From assembly GCA_964578155.1 (NCBI GenBank), contig CAZOBQ010000003.1:4390-68389 (forward strand): DNA of 64,000 nucleotides. The letters run 5' to 3'. Source of the stretch: an uncultured Lentisphaeria bacterium (GTDB lineage: Bacteria > Fidelibacterota > UBA8477 > JABMPR01). Position 1 is the stretch's first letter. Every line of letters begins with the position of its first letter. The notes beneath the pieces were generated by a model that did not search any database, was not told the origin of the DNA, and worked only from the letters and a program-made list of their open reading frames with translations. Positions 37,704 to 48,575 of the stretch are shown in pieces. The position numbers and the translations under genes are program-made.

Positions 37704-39944
37704 ATGATGAAAAGAATTTTAGCGCTTCTGATTATTGTAGGATCCTGTCAATCTTCCCAGATGTATACGCCGACTCAAGGGAGGATGCCAGAACCTACAC
37801 CTGTACGGGGAGATGTGTCTATTATTGAAGGTGTGACAGTTGTGAGGGTTTGGGGGAGTCATCAAGAAAGGGGTTATGCTCTCGGAGCGTTGATCCCTGA
37901 GAAAGTGATAACAGCCATAACGGGTTTTGTTATAAACAACTTTCTTAAAAATTATGGTCTTGACTATTCAAGTGTTCGGCAATTTTATTTGGATAATATC
38001 AATACTATAGAGGAAAAATTTGTAGATGAGGCAAAGGGAATTATCTCTGGAATGAGGTCAAGAGATTTTCCCCTGTATATCAAACATCTTGGCCGTGATC
38101 TGGACTATCTGGATTTGCTCATAGGTTCATTCTGTAGTGAATTTCCATATATGCCTGATGCCCCAAGTACAGAAGGCACTAGCAATAACCATTGTTCTAC
38201 CCTGAGTAGTTGGGGTCTCAGTACTCAGGACGAACCACAATTGAACGGTAATATGGTGGTGACTAGAAACCTGGATTGGCCAGTGGTGAATTATCCAGCC
38301 GATCAAAATATTTTGATCGTTCACTTCCCATCTGAACCAGATGAACTAAAATGGGTGCAGGCAAGCTTTACTCCTGGGGGACTGGGTACGATCTCAGCCT
38401 TCAATGAATTAGGGTTTGCCATTTTTCAAACGGATGCTAACTACTTCAGCGGTAGCGAAATCAACCTTACTGACCTTTATTCTATCCAGCTCACTCAAAG
38501 GAACTGTGTTGAGGTGTCTGATGGAAATGGGGATGGCACCCATGACCTGGCAGACTTTATCTGGCAGCGGGATCAACATAATTATTTGTCACCCACGGTA
38601 CTGACCTGTGTTTCACCAGATTCGGCCATCGCCCTGGAAACAGATAATTACGGTCGTACCCAGCGAGGAGTGTCTGATAATTTTACGATCAGAGGAGATA
38701 ATCTTGTTGCGACAAACCACTTCCGCAGGCTTTACGAACCAACAGCTTGCTATCGATACAAAAATATCGCCGACTCACTAAAAGTGAGCACAGCAATTGA
38801 TATTGAGCGCAGCTGGAATCTTATGGGAGGGGCTGCAGGTGTCAGGACAAACATACAAAAGATGGAATATATTCCCGCCCTGAAAATCTTCAAGTTTGCC
38901 ACTGTCGGTGTTGAGAGTAGGCCAGCTTATATGAGAGAGCCCGCGACTCTGAATACTGATTATCTATTTTCAGGGACTCAAGTGGTAACAAAAGTATCAA
39001 GCGTACTTGCTGAAGGAGGTCTGTTAGCGACTGCATATGTCAATAGCCCAACCGGAGCCCCCGTCAATGTTGTTGAAGTCATTGGGTATTTATCAAGTAC
39101 CGATACAGGCGTTGTGGATTCAGTAGAACTGAATCCTGATTGGGTGGCCAGTATTGTTTATGGTACACGGTTTAGTAACACCCTCATCCATCCAACTGCC
39201 GAAGGAATTTATACGGTCGCGGTAAGAGTGGTCAATCAGGTCTCTGGCTATGCCCACACCGCATATTCCAAGCCCTTTGCAACTGCTGGCCCCATAGTGA
39301 TTGATGGCTTGGTTTTTCCGGGTGATTCTACATTCTTACCTGGGGACACAAAGGGTTTTTGGGTTGAATTGGAAAACCTGGGAGATTCCGCTACCGTTCG
39401 TGATGTGACCGCTGAGATCTGGCTGGATGAGGGTGTGCCTGCACATTTTCTTGGTTCAACTAAGAGAGGGTTTGGCGATATTGATGTAGGTACTACCAAC
39501 CAGAGTCTCTCAGTATTTCTGATGAATGTGCACTCCGAATGTCCAGGGGATACAACCCTTACGGTTCATATGGCCATTTTCTCTGAGGGTCATGAGCTCT
39601 GGCGGGACAGTTTTGAGGTCGGTGTGAATGCGGTCGTAGGTGTAGAAAGCTTACCATCACTTCCAGCAACATTCTCCATTCAACAAAACTTTCCCAACCC
39701 ATTTAATCCATCCACTACCATATCTTATGCCCTGCCTGAAGCATCGAATATTCAGCTTAAGGTTTATGATATTCTAGGTCAAGAAGTGGTTACCCTGGTT
39801 TGCGAAAATCAAACAGCTGGTTATAAATTTGTACAATGGAATGGCTTGAATGCTACAGGTAATCTGGTGAGTTCGGGTGTGTATTTTGCACGAATTGAAG
39901 CAGGAACGTTCAGCCAGACAATCCGAATGGTTTATCTGCGATAA
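37704..39944 (+). CDS. Secreted lipoprotein with Ntn-hydrolase-like (choloylglycine hydrolase/C45-C59-like) domain and T9SS C-terminal sorting domain
   Basis: Lipobox LLIIVGSC. The HCSTLSSWG...NMVVTRNLDWP segment resembles the N-terminal Cys nucleophile region of penicillin V acylase-type enzymes. C-terminal FPNPFNPSTTISY...YLR domain. Confidence 0.55.
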   Translation: MMKRILALLIIVGSCQSSQMYTPTQGRMPEPTPVRGDVSIIEGVTVVRVWGSHQERGYALGALIPEKVITAITGFVINNFLKNYGLDYSSVRQFYLDNINTIEEKFVDEAKGIISGMRSRDFPLYIKHLGRDLDYLDLLIGSFCSEFPYMPDAPSTEGTSNNHCSTLSSWGLSTQDEPQLNGNMVVTRNLDWPVVNYPADQNILIVHFPSEPDELKWVQASFTPGGLGTISAFNELGFAIFQTDANYFSGSEINLTDLYSIQLTQRNCVEVSDGNGDGTHDLADFIWQRDQHNYLSPTVLTCVSPDSAIALETDNYGRTQRGVSDNFTIRGDNLVATNHFRRLYEPTACYRYKNIADSLKVSTAIDIERSWNLMGGAAGVRTNIQKMEYIPALKIFKFATVGVESRPAYMREPATLNTDYLFSGTQVVTKVSSVLAEGGLLATAYVNSPTGAPVNVVEVIGYLSSTDTGVVDSVELNPDWVASIVYGTRFSNTLIHPTAEGIYTVAVRVVNQVSGYAHTAYSKPFATAGPIVIDGLVFPGDSTFLPGDTKGFWVELENLGDSATVRDVTAEIWLDEGVPAHFLGSTKRGFGDIDVGTTNQSLSVFLMNVHSECPGDTTLTVHMAIFSEGHELWRDSFEVGVNAVVGVESLPSLPATFSIQQNFPNPFNPSTTISYALPEASNIQLKVYDILGQEVVTLVCENQTAGYKFVQWNGLNATGNLVSSGVYFARIEAGTFSQTIRMVYLR

Positions 39945-40108
39945 GAATCAACCAGTTTCCGGAGGAGATTAACGACGACTAAACTGATTTCAATTTATCC
40001 CCAAAGCCTGAAACCTGTTTGGCGCGCTATGCTCACTGAAAACAGGTTTAGCTGGAACTACAGATTAATCACGAGGGGCTCAGGATGACGGCTCAATGTC
40101 CGAGAGAG

Positions 40109-42913
40109 TTAAGACCCAGGACTGTATTTTGAGGGCGAAACTCCGTACTGCTTTTTAAAATTAGTGGCAAAATTGGCAGGATTCTGATAACCCACCATGT
40201 AGGCGATCTGAGTGACATTGCCGGAATGTTGCTCCAGAAGACTCGCTGCCCGCTTCAAGCGCTGGATCCGGATAAAATCTGTGGGACTCAAGTTTGTGAG
40301 GGCGCTGAGCTTACGGAATAGTTGTGAACGACTCATAAAAACCTGCTCGCTGAGCTGCTTAACCCCAAACTCTTCGTCAGCCATATTGGTTTCAATGGTA
40401 TTCATGATTGTGCTCAGGAATTTTGCATCCATTGAGGTAACCGTAACCTCTTTCAGGTTCTGAGCCTGATCCAGTGTAAACCTTTCCCTCAACCGTTCTC
40501 GCTGTCGAATCAGGTTGGCTATTCTGATACATAACTCTCGGGTATTGAAGGGCTTTAATAAATAATCATCAGCACCTGTCTCCAAGCCTTTGAACTTGGC
40601 CTCATCAGTGGAAAGAGCTGTCAACATGATGATAGGGATGTGACACAATAAGGGGTCTTGTCGAGATTGCTCCAGAAAAGTAAACCCGTCCATCTCGGGC
40701 ATCATCACATCGGTAATTATCAGGTCAGGGATTGCCTCCCGGGCAGCATCCAGACCCATACGACCATTTACAGCCGTACTGATAGCATAAGTGTCTTCCA
40801 GTTCCTCAGAAATAAACTGACGCATGTCAGCATTGTCATCAACAACAAGGATTTGGGGCTGTTCTTTGTCTTGAGTAGTTTCGACGACTTCCCCAGGTGA
40901 AGATTCTGCGATTTGAACAGGCTTATCCGATTCAATTACCAGGGATTCACCTCCCATCACAAGATCTTCGGGTTTGAAATGATTATTGCTCATTTGGAAG
41001 GTGGCTGTGAAGTAGATATTCTCACCGGGTTCACTCCTGACTCCAATCTCACCATGATGGAGACCAATTAGGTCTTTCACCAGAGCTAGGCCGACACCAG
41101 ATCCCTCTACTTGTCCATCTGCAGTTTCGATACGTTGGAAGTGTTCAAAGATTCGGATTTGATCCTCAGGCGAAATGGTTTCTCCACTATTCTCAATCTT
41201 TAATTCGATCCTATCGTCATTTTGAATTACAGAAAGGATCACATCTCCACCTGCTGTACAATATTTGAAAGCATTGGACAGTAGATTATTGACAATCCTG
41301 TTCATCATTTCACGATTGTAGTATAGAGGTAATTCTTCTTCAGGAATGCGGGTTGCAAACCGAAGATCTTTGCTCTCTGCCAGAGACTCATGGGCGGCAG
41401 AGATAGTTCTGATATGCTTGGAAAAATCATGTTCTGATACTTCTAGCTGGATTTTATTACTCTGGATCTTTGCCAGATCCAGAAGTTGGGAAATCAGATT
41501 CTGCATACGCCTGGCATTCCGCAGTATCATCTGCAAACGGTCCCTGGCCTTCGTCGATTTTGTCTCATCATAGAGTTTTTCGAGAGGACTCATAATCAGG
41601 GTCAAAGGGGTACGGAATTCATGTGAGATGGAGGTAAAGAAGGACGTCTTCATCGCATCCAGCTTATTGGCAGCCTTCAAATCAGCATCAATTTTCAGCA
41701 CTTCAGTTTCCATGGAGCGCATACGAAGGGCCAATGCGATTGAAAAGGTCATAAGCATGATAGCAGTGCCCCATTGATCCGTACCTCGAAATAGAGCAAA
41801 ACTGGTAAAATTCATTGATAAGCTATGCAGTATTAATCCCAAGGTGTTAAATAGGTTACCAAACAGAAAAATACCTGCCAGAGGAACCTTCTTTATGCTC
41901 AGATGAACTCCAATAATTAAAAAGAGTAATCCAGTTAGAGCTATGCCAATATTATTTAATTGCCAGCCCAAAACATGAATTTTAAAAGCATGGGGTAGGA
42001 TTAAAAAACGTAGGAATGCATCTACAAAAAGAATGCCCGTTAAACCAATAGCTGCCCACCATATTATTCGTTTCCAATAAGGAGCATATCGCTTTAAATC
42101 GAGGAAGACTGAAACATAAAAATAGAATATAAAAACGCTAATTGGAACCAGGATATAATCACCAAGATCGTATGCTCCTGCCTTGGAGGAGCTGGACGCT
42201 AACAGCGTGGTGAATAAAAAACCTTTTTGGTATAGAAACATCCCCAACCTGGAAAGGGTCATAAGGGCTAGAGCAAAAAATGCCAGGTCCCTGTAGATGA
42301 TATAATAAATAAACAGGAAAATGGTGAGGGCTGTAATAATGCCAATCAAAAAGGCAAAACTATAGTTTTCAGACATGACGCGTTTTTGCAATCGATGGAT
42401 GTATTCATTTGTGACCAAATATCCATAAAGTGTTCGATTTTGGTAGCGTTTCCAATAATCTGGCATATCAGATAGCAAATAGATTGTGATTTCCTCATGA
42501 GCATCCAGATGAATAGGGATGAGCCTCCGAGGAGGGTAGCTATTCTGTGGCAGATGTTGCATATCATGCTCGTAGGGTGTGTTTCTACCACCAAGATGAA
42601 CGATAATGGCTCCCGAAGTATCTTCGTCAAAAAATTGAGTGCGTGTTGCACCGGAATACCACCAAAAATCAACAGATCCATCGTGAGTATTTTTGATGGT
42701 TGCCCGGATCCAGTATTTTGTTATTCCAGGTGTATCCCATTCAATATCATCATAATAGGGCACAAATTGAGATTGACGACTAGGAGATTTTGCTTCATAA
42801 TAATCAAGAGTAGCATGTATGTCAGGCAAAACAGAGACAAGGTATTTAAGGGGGTAAGCCATATAATTAGTGGAATCAACCTGGATGAATGTCTGAGCCT
42901 TGTGGGAGCCCAC
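40109..42913 (-). CDS. Hybrid sensor histidine kinase/response regulator with 7TMR-DISM sensor, HisKA, HATPase, REC and C-terminal AraC-type HTH
   Basis: 7TM block. H-box (ISHEFRTPL). N/G boxes. REC (ILVVDDN...DLIITDVMMPEMDGF). AraC HTH tail. GTG start; a signal-peptide-like sequence continues upstream out of frame (see findings). Confidence 0.85.
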   Translation of the reverse strand: MGSHKAQTFIQVDSTNYMAYPLKYLVSVLPDIHATLDYYEAKSPSRQSQFVPYYDDIEWDTPGITKYWIRATIKNTHDGSVDFWWYSGATRTQFFDEDTSGAIIVHLGGRNTPYEHDMQHLPQNSYPPRRLIPIHLDAHEEITIYLLSDMPDYWKRYQNRTLYGYLVTNEYIHRLQKRVMSENYSFAFLIGIITALTIFLFIYYIIYRDLAFFALALMTLSRLGMFLYQKGFLFTTLLASSSSKAGAYDLGDYILVPISVFIFYFYVSVFLDLKRYAPYWKRIIWWAAIGLTGILFVDAFLRFLILPHAFKIHVLGWQLNNIGIALTGLLFLIIGVHLSIKKVPLAGIFLFGNLFNTLGLILHSLSMNFTSFALFRGTDQWGTAIMLMTFSIALALRMRSMETEVLKIDADLKAANKLDAMKTSFFTSISHEFRTPLTLIMSPLEKLYDETKSTKARDRLQMILRNARRMQNLISQLLDLAKIQSNKIQLEVSEHDFSKHIRTISAAHESLAESKDLRFATRIPEEELPLYYNREMMNRIVNNLLSNAFKYCTAGGDVILSVIQNDDRIELKIENSGETISPEDQIRIFEHFQRIETADGQVEGSGVGLALVKDLIGLHHGEIGVRSEPGENIYFTATFQMSNNHFKPEDLVMGGESLVIESDKPVQIAESSPGEVVETTQDKEQPQILVVDDNADMRQFISEELEDTYAISTAVNGRMGLDAAREAIPDLIITDVMMPEMDGFTFLEQSRQDPLLCHIPIIMLTALSTDEAKFKGLETGADDYLLKPFNTRELCIRIANLIRQRERLRERFTLDQAQNLKEVTVTSMDAKFLSTIMNTIETNMADEEFGVKQLSEQVFMSRSQLFRKLSALTNLSPTDFIRIQRLKRAASLLEQHSGNVTQIAYMVGYQNPANFATNFKKQYGVSPSKYSPGS

Positions 42914-43155
42914 TGTAAGTGTGTCTGGAACTTCAGCAGTTAACCCAGTGGAAAAAAACAGGCTTAAGCAGATAATGGATATAAAACTATTAACTTTTTG
43001 AGAGATGCGTAAAATGGATTGATACCCCTCTGTTATTCATGATAAGCTGAATCAGCTAGGTGCGATGTTCCATAGAGCTGATATTCATTCTTTGATGATT
43101 CCAATTGTCGACAAGTTAAGATACTTATCCATGACATAATAGACTGTTTTTGGGG

Positions 43156-43193
43156 AGAAAAATAGCAACCCACGGTTTTGAGCCGTGGGTTGC
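43156..43193 (-). terminator. Rho-independent terminator for acnA
   Basis: The minus strand reads gcaacccacggctcaaaaccgtgggttgc followed by tattttt. Confidence 0.6.
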
Positions 43194-43267
43194 TTTAGCG
43201 TAAAAAGTGTTAAACCAGGACATTCCCCAGGCAACTATTAAAAACGTCTATGAACCAGCCTTCGGAA

Positions 43268-45946
43268 TTAGTCTAGCAAAGACCTCATCACATACTGCAA
43301 AATCCCACCATGACGGTAGTATTCCAGTTCGTTAGGCGTATCAATTCGGGTTGTAGCCGTAAATGTAAAACCACTACCATCAGTTCGTTTCCCACTGACA
43401 ATTAGATCTTTGCCAGGAGCCAGACCGTCAGCAATACCTGTGATTGAAAACGTTTCTTCCCCTGTAAGACCGAGACTCTCTCTGCCTTCATCGTCTTTAA
43501 ACTGTAGAGGTAAAACGCCCATACCTATGAGATTACTACGATGGATACGCTCAAAACTTTCAGCAATCACAGCTTTGACACCTAGCAGGTTGGTCCCTTT
43601 TGCAGCCCAGTCACGACTAGAACCAGTACCGTATTCTTTGCCGGCAATGACCATTAATGGTGTCCCCTCGGCTTTGTAGGCCATGGCGCCATCGAAAATG
43701 GTTGTGACATCACCTTCAGGTAATTTCCGGGTGAAGCCGCCCTCCGTTCCGGGAGCAAGAAGGTTACGAAGGCGGATATTAGCAAACGTTCCGCGCATCA
43801 TAACTTCGTGATTACCTCTGCGACTACCATAGGAGTTAAAATTCTTCACATCAGTGCCGTTAGCGACAAGATATTTACCCGCAGGAGTATCTGCGGCAAA
43901 TGAACCAGCAGGAGAGATATGGTCAGTTGTAACTGAATCACCTAACAAGGCTAGAAGGCGGGCATCTTTAATATCACTCATCTCACCAAACTCACGACTC
44001 ATTCCCTCAAAGAAGGAAGGCTTTCGGATATAGGTCGAATCTGCATCCCAATCAAAAGTGTTACCGTCAGGAATATACAGGTTCTGCCAGGCTGAATCAC
44101 CTTTAAAAACATCGGCATATTTGGCCTTAAACTGCTCTGGTTTTACTGATTGAGCAACAGCGTCAGCAATTTCTTGTGAGCTAGGCCAGATATCCTTCAG
44201 AAAGATATCGTTACCTTCTTTGTCCTGTCCTAAAGCTTCATTATAAAGATCAAAATCCATGGTCCCGGCAAGGGCGTATGCTACCACCAATGGTGGAGAA
44301 GCTAGATAGTTGGCCTTGACGTGCGGGCTGATGCGTCCTTCAAAATTACGATTTCCTGATAGAACGGAAGTAGCAACCAGATCTCCAGTCTCAATAGCAT
44401 TGGCAATAGGAGTAGGTAGGGGACCACTGTTTCCTATACAGGTTGTACAGCCGTACCCAACCAGGTTAAAACTCAGTTTATCCAGATAGGGAGTTAAACC
44501 GGCAGCGTTCAGGTACTCGGTCACAACTTTTGATCCCGGAGCCAGACTTGGTTTGACCCAAGGCTTAATATTTAGACCGAGCTCAACTGCTTTTTTCGCG
44601 ACTAATCCAGCAGCAATCAAAACATTGGGATTTGAAGTATTCGTACAAGATGTGATAGCGGCAATCACTACTGATCCATCTTTAAGTTCGTAGTCAGACC
44701 CTTCCACAGCGATTGCACCCTTGCTATCTCCTTTTAGAGTCTCAATATCTCTGACCCATGTGGATTTTGACGCACTTAAGGAGATGCGACTCTGAGGATG
44801 TTTTGGTCCTGAAATAGAGGGAACTACTGTACTCATATCCAGAGAAAGGGTGGCTGAGTAAACAGCGTCATCAACACCAGCTTCATAGTACATGCCTTGA
44901 GCTTTGGTGTATGCTTCAACGAGCTCAACCTGTTCCTCATCACGACCACTAAAACGAAGATATTTAAGAGTAGCTGCATTGACCGGGAAGTAACCCATGG
45001 TTGCTCCGTATTCGGGGGCCATGTTGGCAATGGTTGCCTGGTCTTCGAGACTTAGGTTTGCAATACCCTCGCCATAGAATTCAACAAATTTTCCAACCAC
45101 ACCTTGGGCACGAAGCATTTCTACCACAGTTAAAACAAGGTCAGTAGCCGTCGTTCCTTCAGCCATCTTACCCGTGAGTTTGAAACCAACCACTTGAGGG
45201 ATGAGCATTGAAATAGGTTGACCCAGCATAGCTGCTTCAGCTTCAATCCCACCGACACCCCAACCCATAACGCCCAATCCGTTAATCATGGTGGTGTGTG
45301 AGTCAGTACCTACGAGTGAATCAGGATAAATTTGTATACCATCTTTAGTCTCTTTTTTAAATACGACTTGGGCTAGATACTCTAGATTGATCTGATGAAT
45401 GATTCCTGTATCTGGCGGAACGACATTGAAATTGTTAAATGCATCCTGTCCCCAACGTAGAAAACCATAACGTTCACGATTTCGATCCATTTCGATGCTA
45501 GCATTATCAGCAAATGCTGAGTTAGAGCCAAACTTATCAACCTGAACGGAGTGATCAATGACCAGATCAGCCGGTTGTAGAGGGTTGATCTTCTCAGGGT
45601 TGCCTCCAAGGTCAGCCATGGTATCACGCATAACTGCTAGATCGACAACAGCAGGTACACCAGTAAAGTCCTGAAGCAGTACGCGACTGGGGCGTAATTG
45701 TATTTCATGCGCTGGAGTAGCTTTGGCATCCCAATTCAACAGAGCTTCAACATCATCCCGTGTAACCGTAATGTTATCTTCAAACCGGAGCATGTTTTCT
45801 AGTAAAATTTTGTGAGCAATAGGAAGTTTATCCAACTTCTCGTCTGCATTTAGTTTCGAAAGGGCAAAGTATTCATGATCAACACCATTCAGATTAAGGA
45901 CCGAACGTGTATTGAAGCTGTTTAAAGATTGGGTTTTATTCGCCAT
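43268..45946 (-). CDS. acnA: Aconitate hydratase A
   Basis: About 890 aa. Fe-S ligand regions ([16 protein letters not shown]). Swivel domain ([14 protein letters not shown]). Start at MANKTQ after AGGAG. Confidence 0.9.
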   Translation of the reverse strand: MANKTQSLNSFNTRSVLNLNGVDHEYFALSKLNADEKLDKLPIAHKILLENMLRFEDNITVTRDDVEALLNWDAKATPAHEIQLRPSRVLLQDFTGVPAVVDLAVMRDTMADLGGNPEKINPLQPADLVIDHSVQVDKFGSNSAFADNASIEMDRNRERYGFLRWGQDAFNNFNVVPPDTGIIHQINLEYLAQVVFKKETKDGIQIYPDSLVGTDSHTTMINGLGVMGWGVGGIEAEAAMLGQPISMLIPQVVGFKLTGKMAEGTTATDLVLTVVEMLRAQGVVGKFVEFYGEGIANLSLEDQATIANMAPEYGATMGYFPVNAATLKYLRFSGRDEEQVELVEAYTKAQGMYYEAGVDDAVYSATLSLDMSTVVPSISGPKHPQSRISLSASKSTWVRDIETLKGDSKGAIAVEGSDYELKDGSVVIAAITSCTNTSNPNVLIAAGLVAKKAVELGLNIKPWVKPSLAPGSKVVTEYLNAAGLTPYLDKLSFNLVGYGCTTCIGNSGPLPTPIANAIETGDLVATSVLSGNRNFEGRISPHVKANYLASPPLVVAYALAGTMDFDLYNEALGQDKEGNDIFLKDIWPSSQEIADAVAQSVKPEQFKAKYADVFKGDSAWQNLYIPDGNTFDWDADSTYIRKPSFFEGMSREFGEMSDIKDARLLALLGDSVTTDHISPAGSFAADTPAGKYLVANGTDVKNFNSYGSRRGNHEVMMRGTFANIRLRNLLAPGTEGGFTRKLPEGDVTTIFDGAMAYKAEGTPLMVIAGKEYGTGSSRDWAAKGTNLLGVKAVIAESFERIHRSNLIGMGVLPLQFKDDEGRESLGLTGEETFSITGIADGLAPGKDLIVSGKRTDGSGFTFTATTRIDTPNELEYYRHGGILQYVMRSLLD

Positions 45947-46252
45947 GGGAACTCCTGGGATTTGTATCATTAAAGATGGTAAAGTGTTGGGCTTGAGTAG
46001 TATAAAAAGAAGTGTGTATCACCTCGGAAACTAATCTTTTGAAGATCAAAATCAATCGCCATAAATGTCCGTCAGATGACGTATTTCATAATAGCAAATA
46101 TTTTTCCATTGAAAGTTGGAAAAGCGTAAATTTAATGACTATATTTATCACAATGAAAATGAGATCTTATCATATCAAAATACGACAGATACAGATTCAG
46201 GAACGGGTCATATGTATATGGCGACCAGTTTTTGGAATTAAAGGAAATAACC

Positions 46253-46768
46253 ATGAGTGAATCAAAAACAAAGCGATTGGCAATCATTGCTTCAAAAGGT
46301 ACCCTTGATTGGGCATATCCACCATTTCTTCTAGCTTCAACTGCGGCAGCTATGGATATGGAGGTGGGTGTGTTTTTTACCTTCTATGGATTGACATTAC
46401 TGAACAAAAAGATCGAAGCGAAGGTTGCGCCTCAGACTAATCCGGCGATGCCCATGAAAATGCCTTTCGGATCCAATGAATTTCAAAATATGGAATGGCC
46501 TATCCCAAATATTTTAGCAAATAATATCCCTGGTTATGAGACCATGGCCACTTCATTTATGAAGAAAACCTTCGCGAATAAAGGCGTGGCTACCATCGAG
46601 GAGCTGCGTGACATTTGTGTAGAATCAGGAGTAAAATTAATCGGGTGTCAGATGACCATGGATGTTTTCGGATTTGATACGGACCAATTTATAGATGGTG
46701 TAGAGGTGGGTGGAGCGGCGACCTTTTTGGAATTTGCTGCAGATTCTGACATCTCTTTATTCATTTAG
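46253..46768 (+). CDS. DsrE/DsrF-like (YrkE-type) sulfur-relay family protein
   Basis: KRLAIIASKGTLDWAYPPFLLASTAAAMDMEVGVFFTFYGL fits the DsrE-like fold pattern. Immediately precedes a TusA-like gene. Confidence 0.5.
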   Translation: MSESKTKRLAIIASKGTLDWAYPPFLLASTAAAMDMEVGVFFTFYGLTLLNKKIEAKVAPQTNPAMPMKMPFGSNEFQNMEWPIPNILANNIPGYETMATSFMKKTFANKGVATIEELRDICVESGVKLIGCQMTMDVFGFDTDQFIDGVEVGGAATFLEFAADSDISLFI

Positions 46769-46792
46769 GAAAATTATTTAAAAGGAAATATC

Positions 46793-47029
46793 ATGAATGA
46801 TATTCAATTTGATCAAGTGTTGGATTGCAGAGGAATGAGCTGCCCCCTACCGGTAGTAAAGACAAAGAAGCAAATTGATACAATGGCGGCAGGGCAAGTC
46901 TTGAAAATGATTGCATCAGATCCTGGATCAATCAATGACATGAATGCCTGGGCTAAGCGAACAGGCAATGAAATGCTCTCTCACAGAGAGGAAGAAGACA
47001 GTTACATTTTCTATATAAAGAAATCCTGA
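46793..47029 (+). CDS. TusA-like sulfurtransferase
   Basis: Conserved LDCRGMSCPLPVVKTKK (CPxP) motif. 78 aa. Confidence 0.75.
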   Translation: MNDIQFDQVLDCRGMSCPLPVVKTKKQIDTMAAGQVLKMIASDPGSINDMNAWAKRTGNEMLSHREEEDSYIFYIKKS

Positions 47030-47174
47030 GACTATGCATAAAAAGTGTTTCCGTTAAGGAAAAAACGACCGCCCATAACAATTCTAAGAAACTGCTAGAA
47101 GTTGTTTTATTATAGCTACTAACAATTCATATTCCCACCACATGAGAAATTTCCGAAAGAAATAGAGGCGGGTA

Positions 47175-48575
47175 TTGAATTTCTACATTGATATTCTGTT
47201 TTGGATGCGCCAGAAAAGATGGCTGCTCATCGCCCTTATTTATGGTATGGTCATGCACAACTGGGTTACTCCCCCAGCAGATCTCAATCCAGCAGCTTTT
47301 GATGCGTTGATCATCATTTCCATGGCCCTGATTCTGATTATTACAGAGCCATTACCTTTACCGGCCATTGCCATGTTCATGCTCTTTATGCAAGTGGTCC
47401 TGGGAATTGATACAGCCAATAATGTCGCCTCATCGTTTATGAATGATGCCGTCTTTTTTATCATGGGTTCTCTCATGCTGGCTGTTGCCATTGTGAGTCA
47501 GGGTCTTGATAAACGCCTAGCCCTGGGCATCATAAAACTCACGGGCCATAAAACCTGGCGCATTATTGCCGGCTTTACCGCCATCTCAGCTATCCTATCT
47601 TCATTTATTGGTGAACATACGGTTGCAGCCATGATGATGCCTGTGGGCTTAACCCTGGTCCGTTATGCTCATAAGGATCCCAAGAAGGTTACAGGACTGA
47701 CAGCAGCTCTACTATTCTCCATCGCCTACGGAGCCACCATTGGTTCTATTGGTACGCCTTCAGGAGGTGGACGCAATGTGATCATGATGAATTACTGGGC
47801 AGAATTTGGTGCAGGGTCAGTTTCATATCTCGAATGGATGAAATATGTTTATCCCATGGTTCTGGTACAAATACCGTTCACCGTCTTGATTCTGCTATGG
47901 ACGTTTAAACCGGAGCAGAGTAATCTCGATAGCGCCGTTCGAAAACTAGTCATTGATGTGGCTCGTGCTGGAAAAATGAAGGCCCGAGAGTGGTTAGCTA
48001 TCTTTCTATTTATCCTGGTTTTTCTTGGCTGGGTATTTCTCAGTGAAAGTTTTGGCTTAGGTATTATTGCTCTTTTAGGTGTTTTCCTTTATCTGGCCTT
48101 TGGACTGGTGGAATGGAGTGAATTAAACCGTAAAACCAATTGGGGAGTCATCCTGCTTTTTGGTTCGGCTATCTCTATTGGTATTCAGATGAATGAAACA
48201 GGGGCTGCAGAATGGGTGGCTCAGGTTATTATTACAAATTTAGGTGCAGTGATCGATAGCCCTGAGATTCTTCAGGGAAGTGTGTCCGTTCTCTTAACTG
48301 GAATTATGTCAAATATTCTTAGTAGTTCTGCAACCGTAGCTGTCGTTGGACCCATTGTTTTAGATCTAGGTGGGGATCAAATCCTGATCGGTTTTATGAC
48401 TGCCATAGCTTCGGCTTTTGGCTATTTTACCGCTGTTGCCGCACCAGCCTGTACCATTATCTATTCCAGTGGGTTGGTTAAATCCAAAGATTTCTTACGA
48501 GCGGGTTGGAAAATGGGCGTTTTATCTGTTCTAAGCCTACTCGCATTATCATTATTATGGTGGCCAATATTATGA
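47175..48575 (+). CDS. Polytopic anion permease of the ArsB/NhaD (DASS-like) superfamily
   Basis: About 12 TM helices. Internal repeat motifs (GSIGTPSGGGRNVIMMNYW). Highly similar to the gene at 49506. Confidence 0.55.
   Translation: MNFYIDILFWMRQKRWLLIALIYGMVMHNWVTPPADLNPAAFDALIIISMALILIITEPLPLPAIAMFMLFMQVVLGIDTANNVASSFMNDAVFFIMGSLMLAVAIVSQGLDKRLALGIIKLTGHKTWRIIAGFTAISAILSSFIGEHTVAAMMMPVGLTLVRYAHKDPKKVTGLTAALLFSIAYGATIGSIGTPSGGGRNVIMMNYWAEFGAGSVSYLEWMKYVYPMVLVQIPFTVLILLWTFKPEQSNLDSAVRKLVIDVARAGKMKAREWLAIFLFILVFLGWVFLSESFGLGIIALLGVFLYLAFGLVEWSELNRKTNWGVILLFGSAISIGIQMNETGAAEWVAQVIITNLGAVIDSPEILQGSVSVLLTGIMSNILSSSATVAVVGPIVLDLGGDQILIGFMTAIASAFGYFTAVAAPACTIIYSSGLVKSKDFLRAGWKMGVLSVLSLLALSLLWWPIL

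Noticed and set aside
39945-40108. Inverted repeat aaacctgttt...aaacaggttt between convergent genes (37704-39944 and the hybrid kinase)
   Set aside because: The 9-bp stem with a loop of about 26 nt is a weak hairpin. It may help termination, but the evidence is too thin to call.
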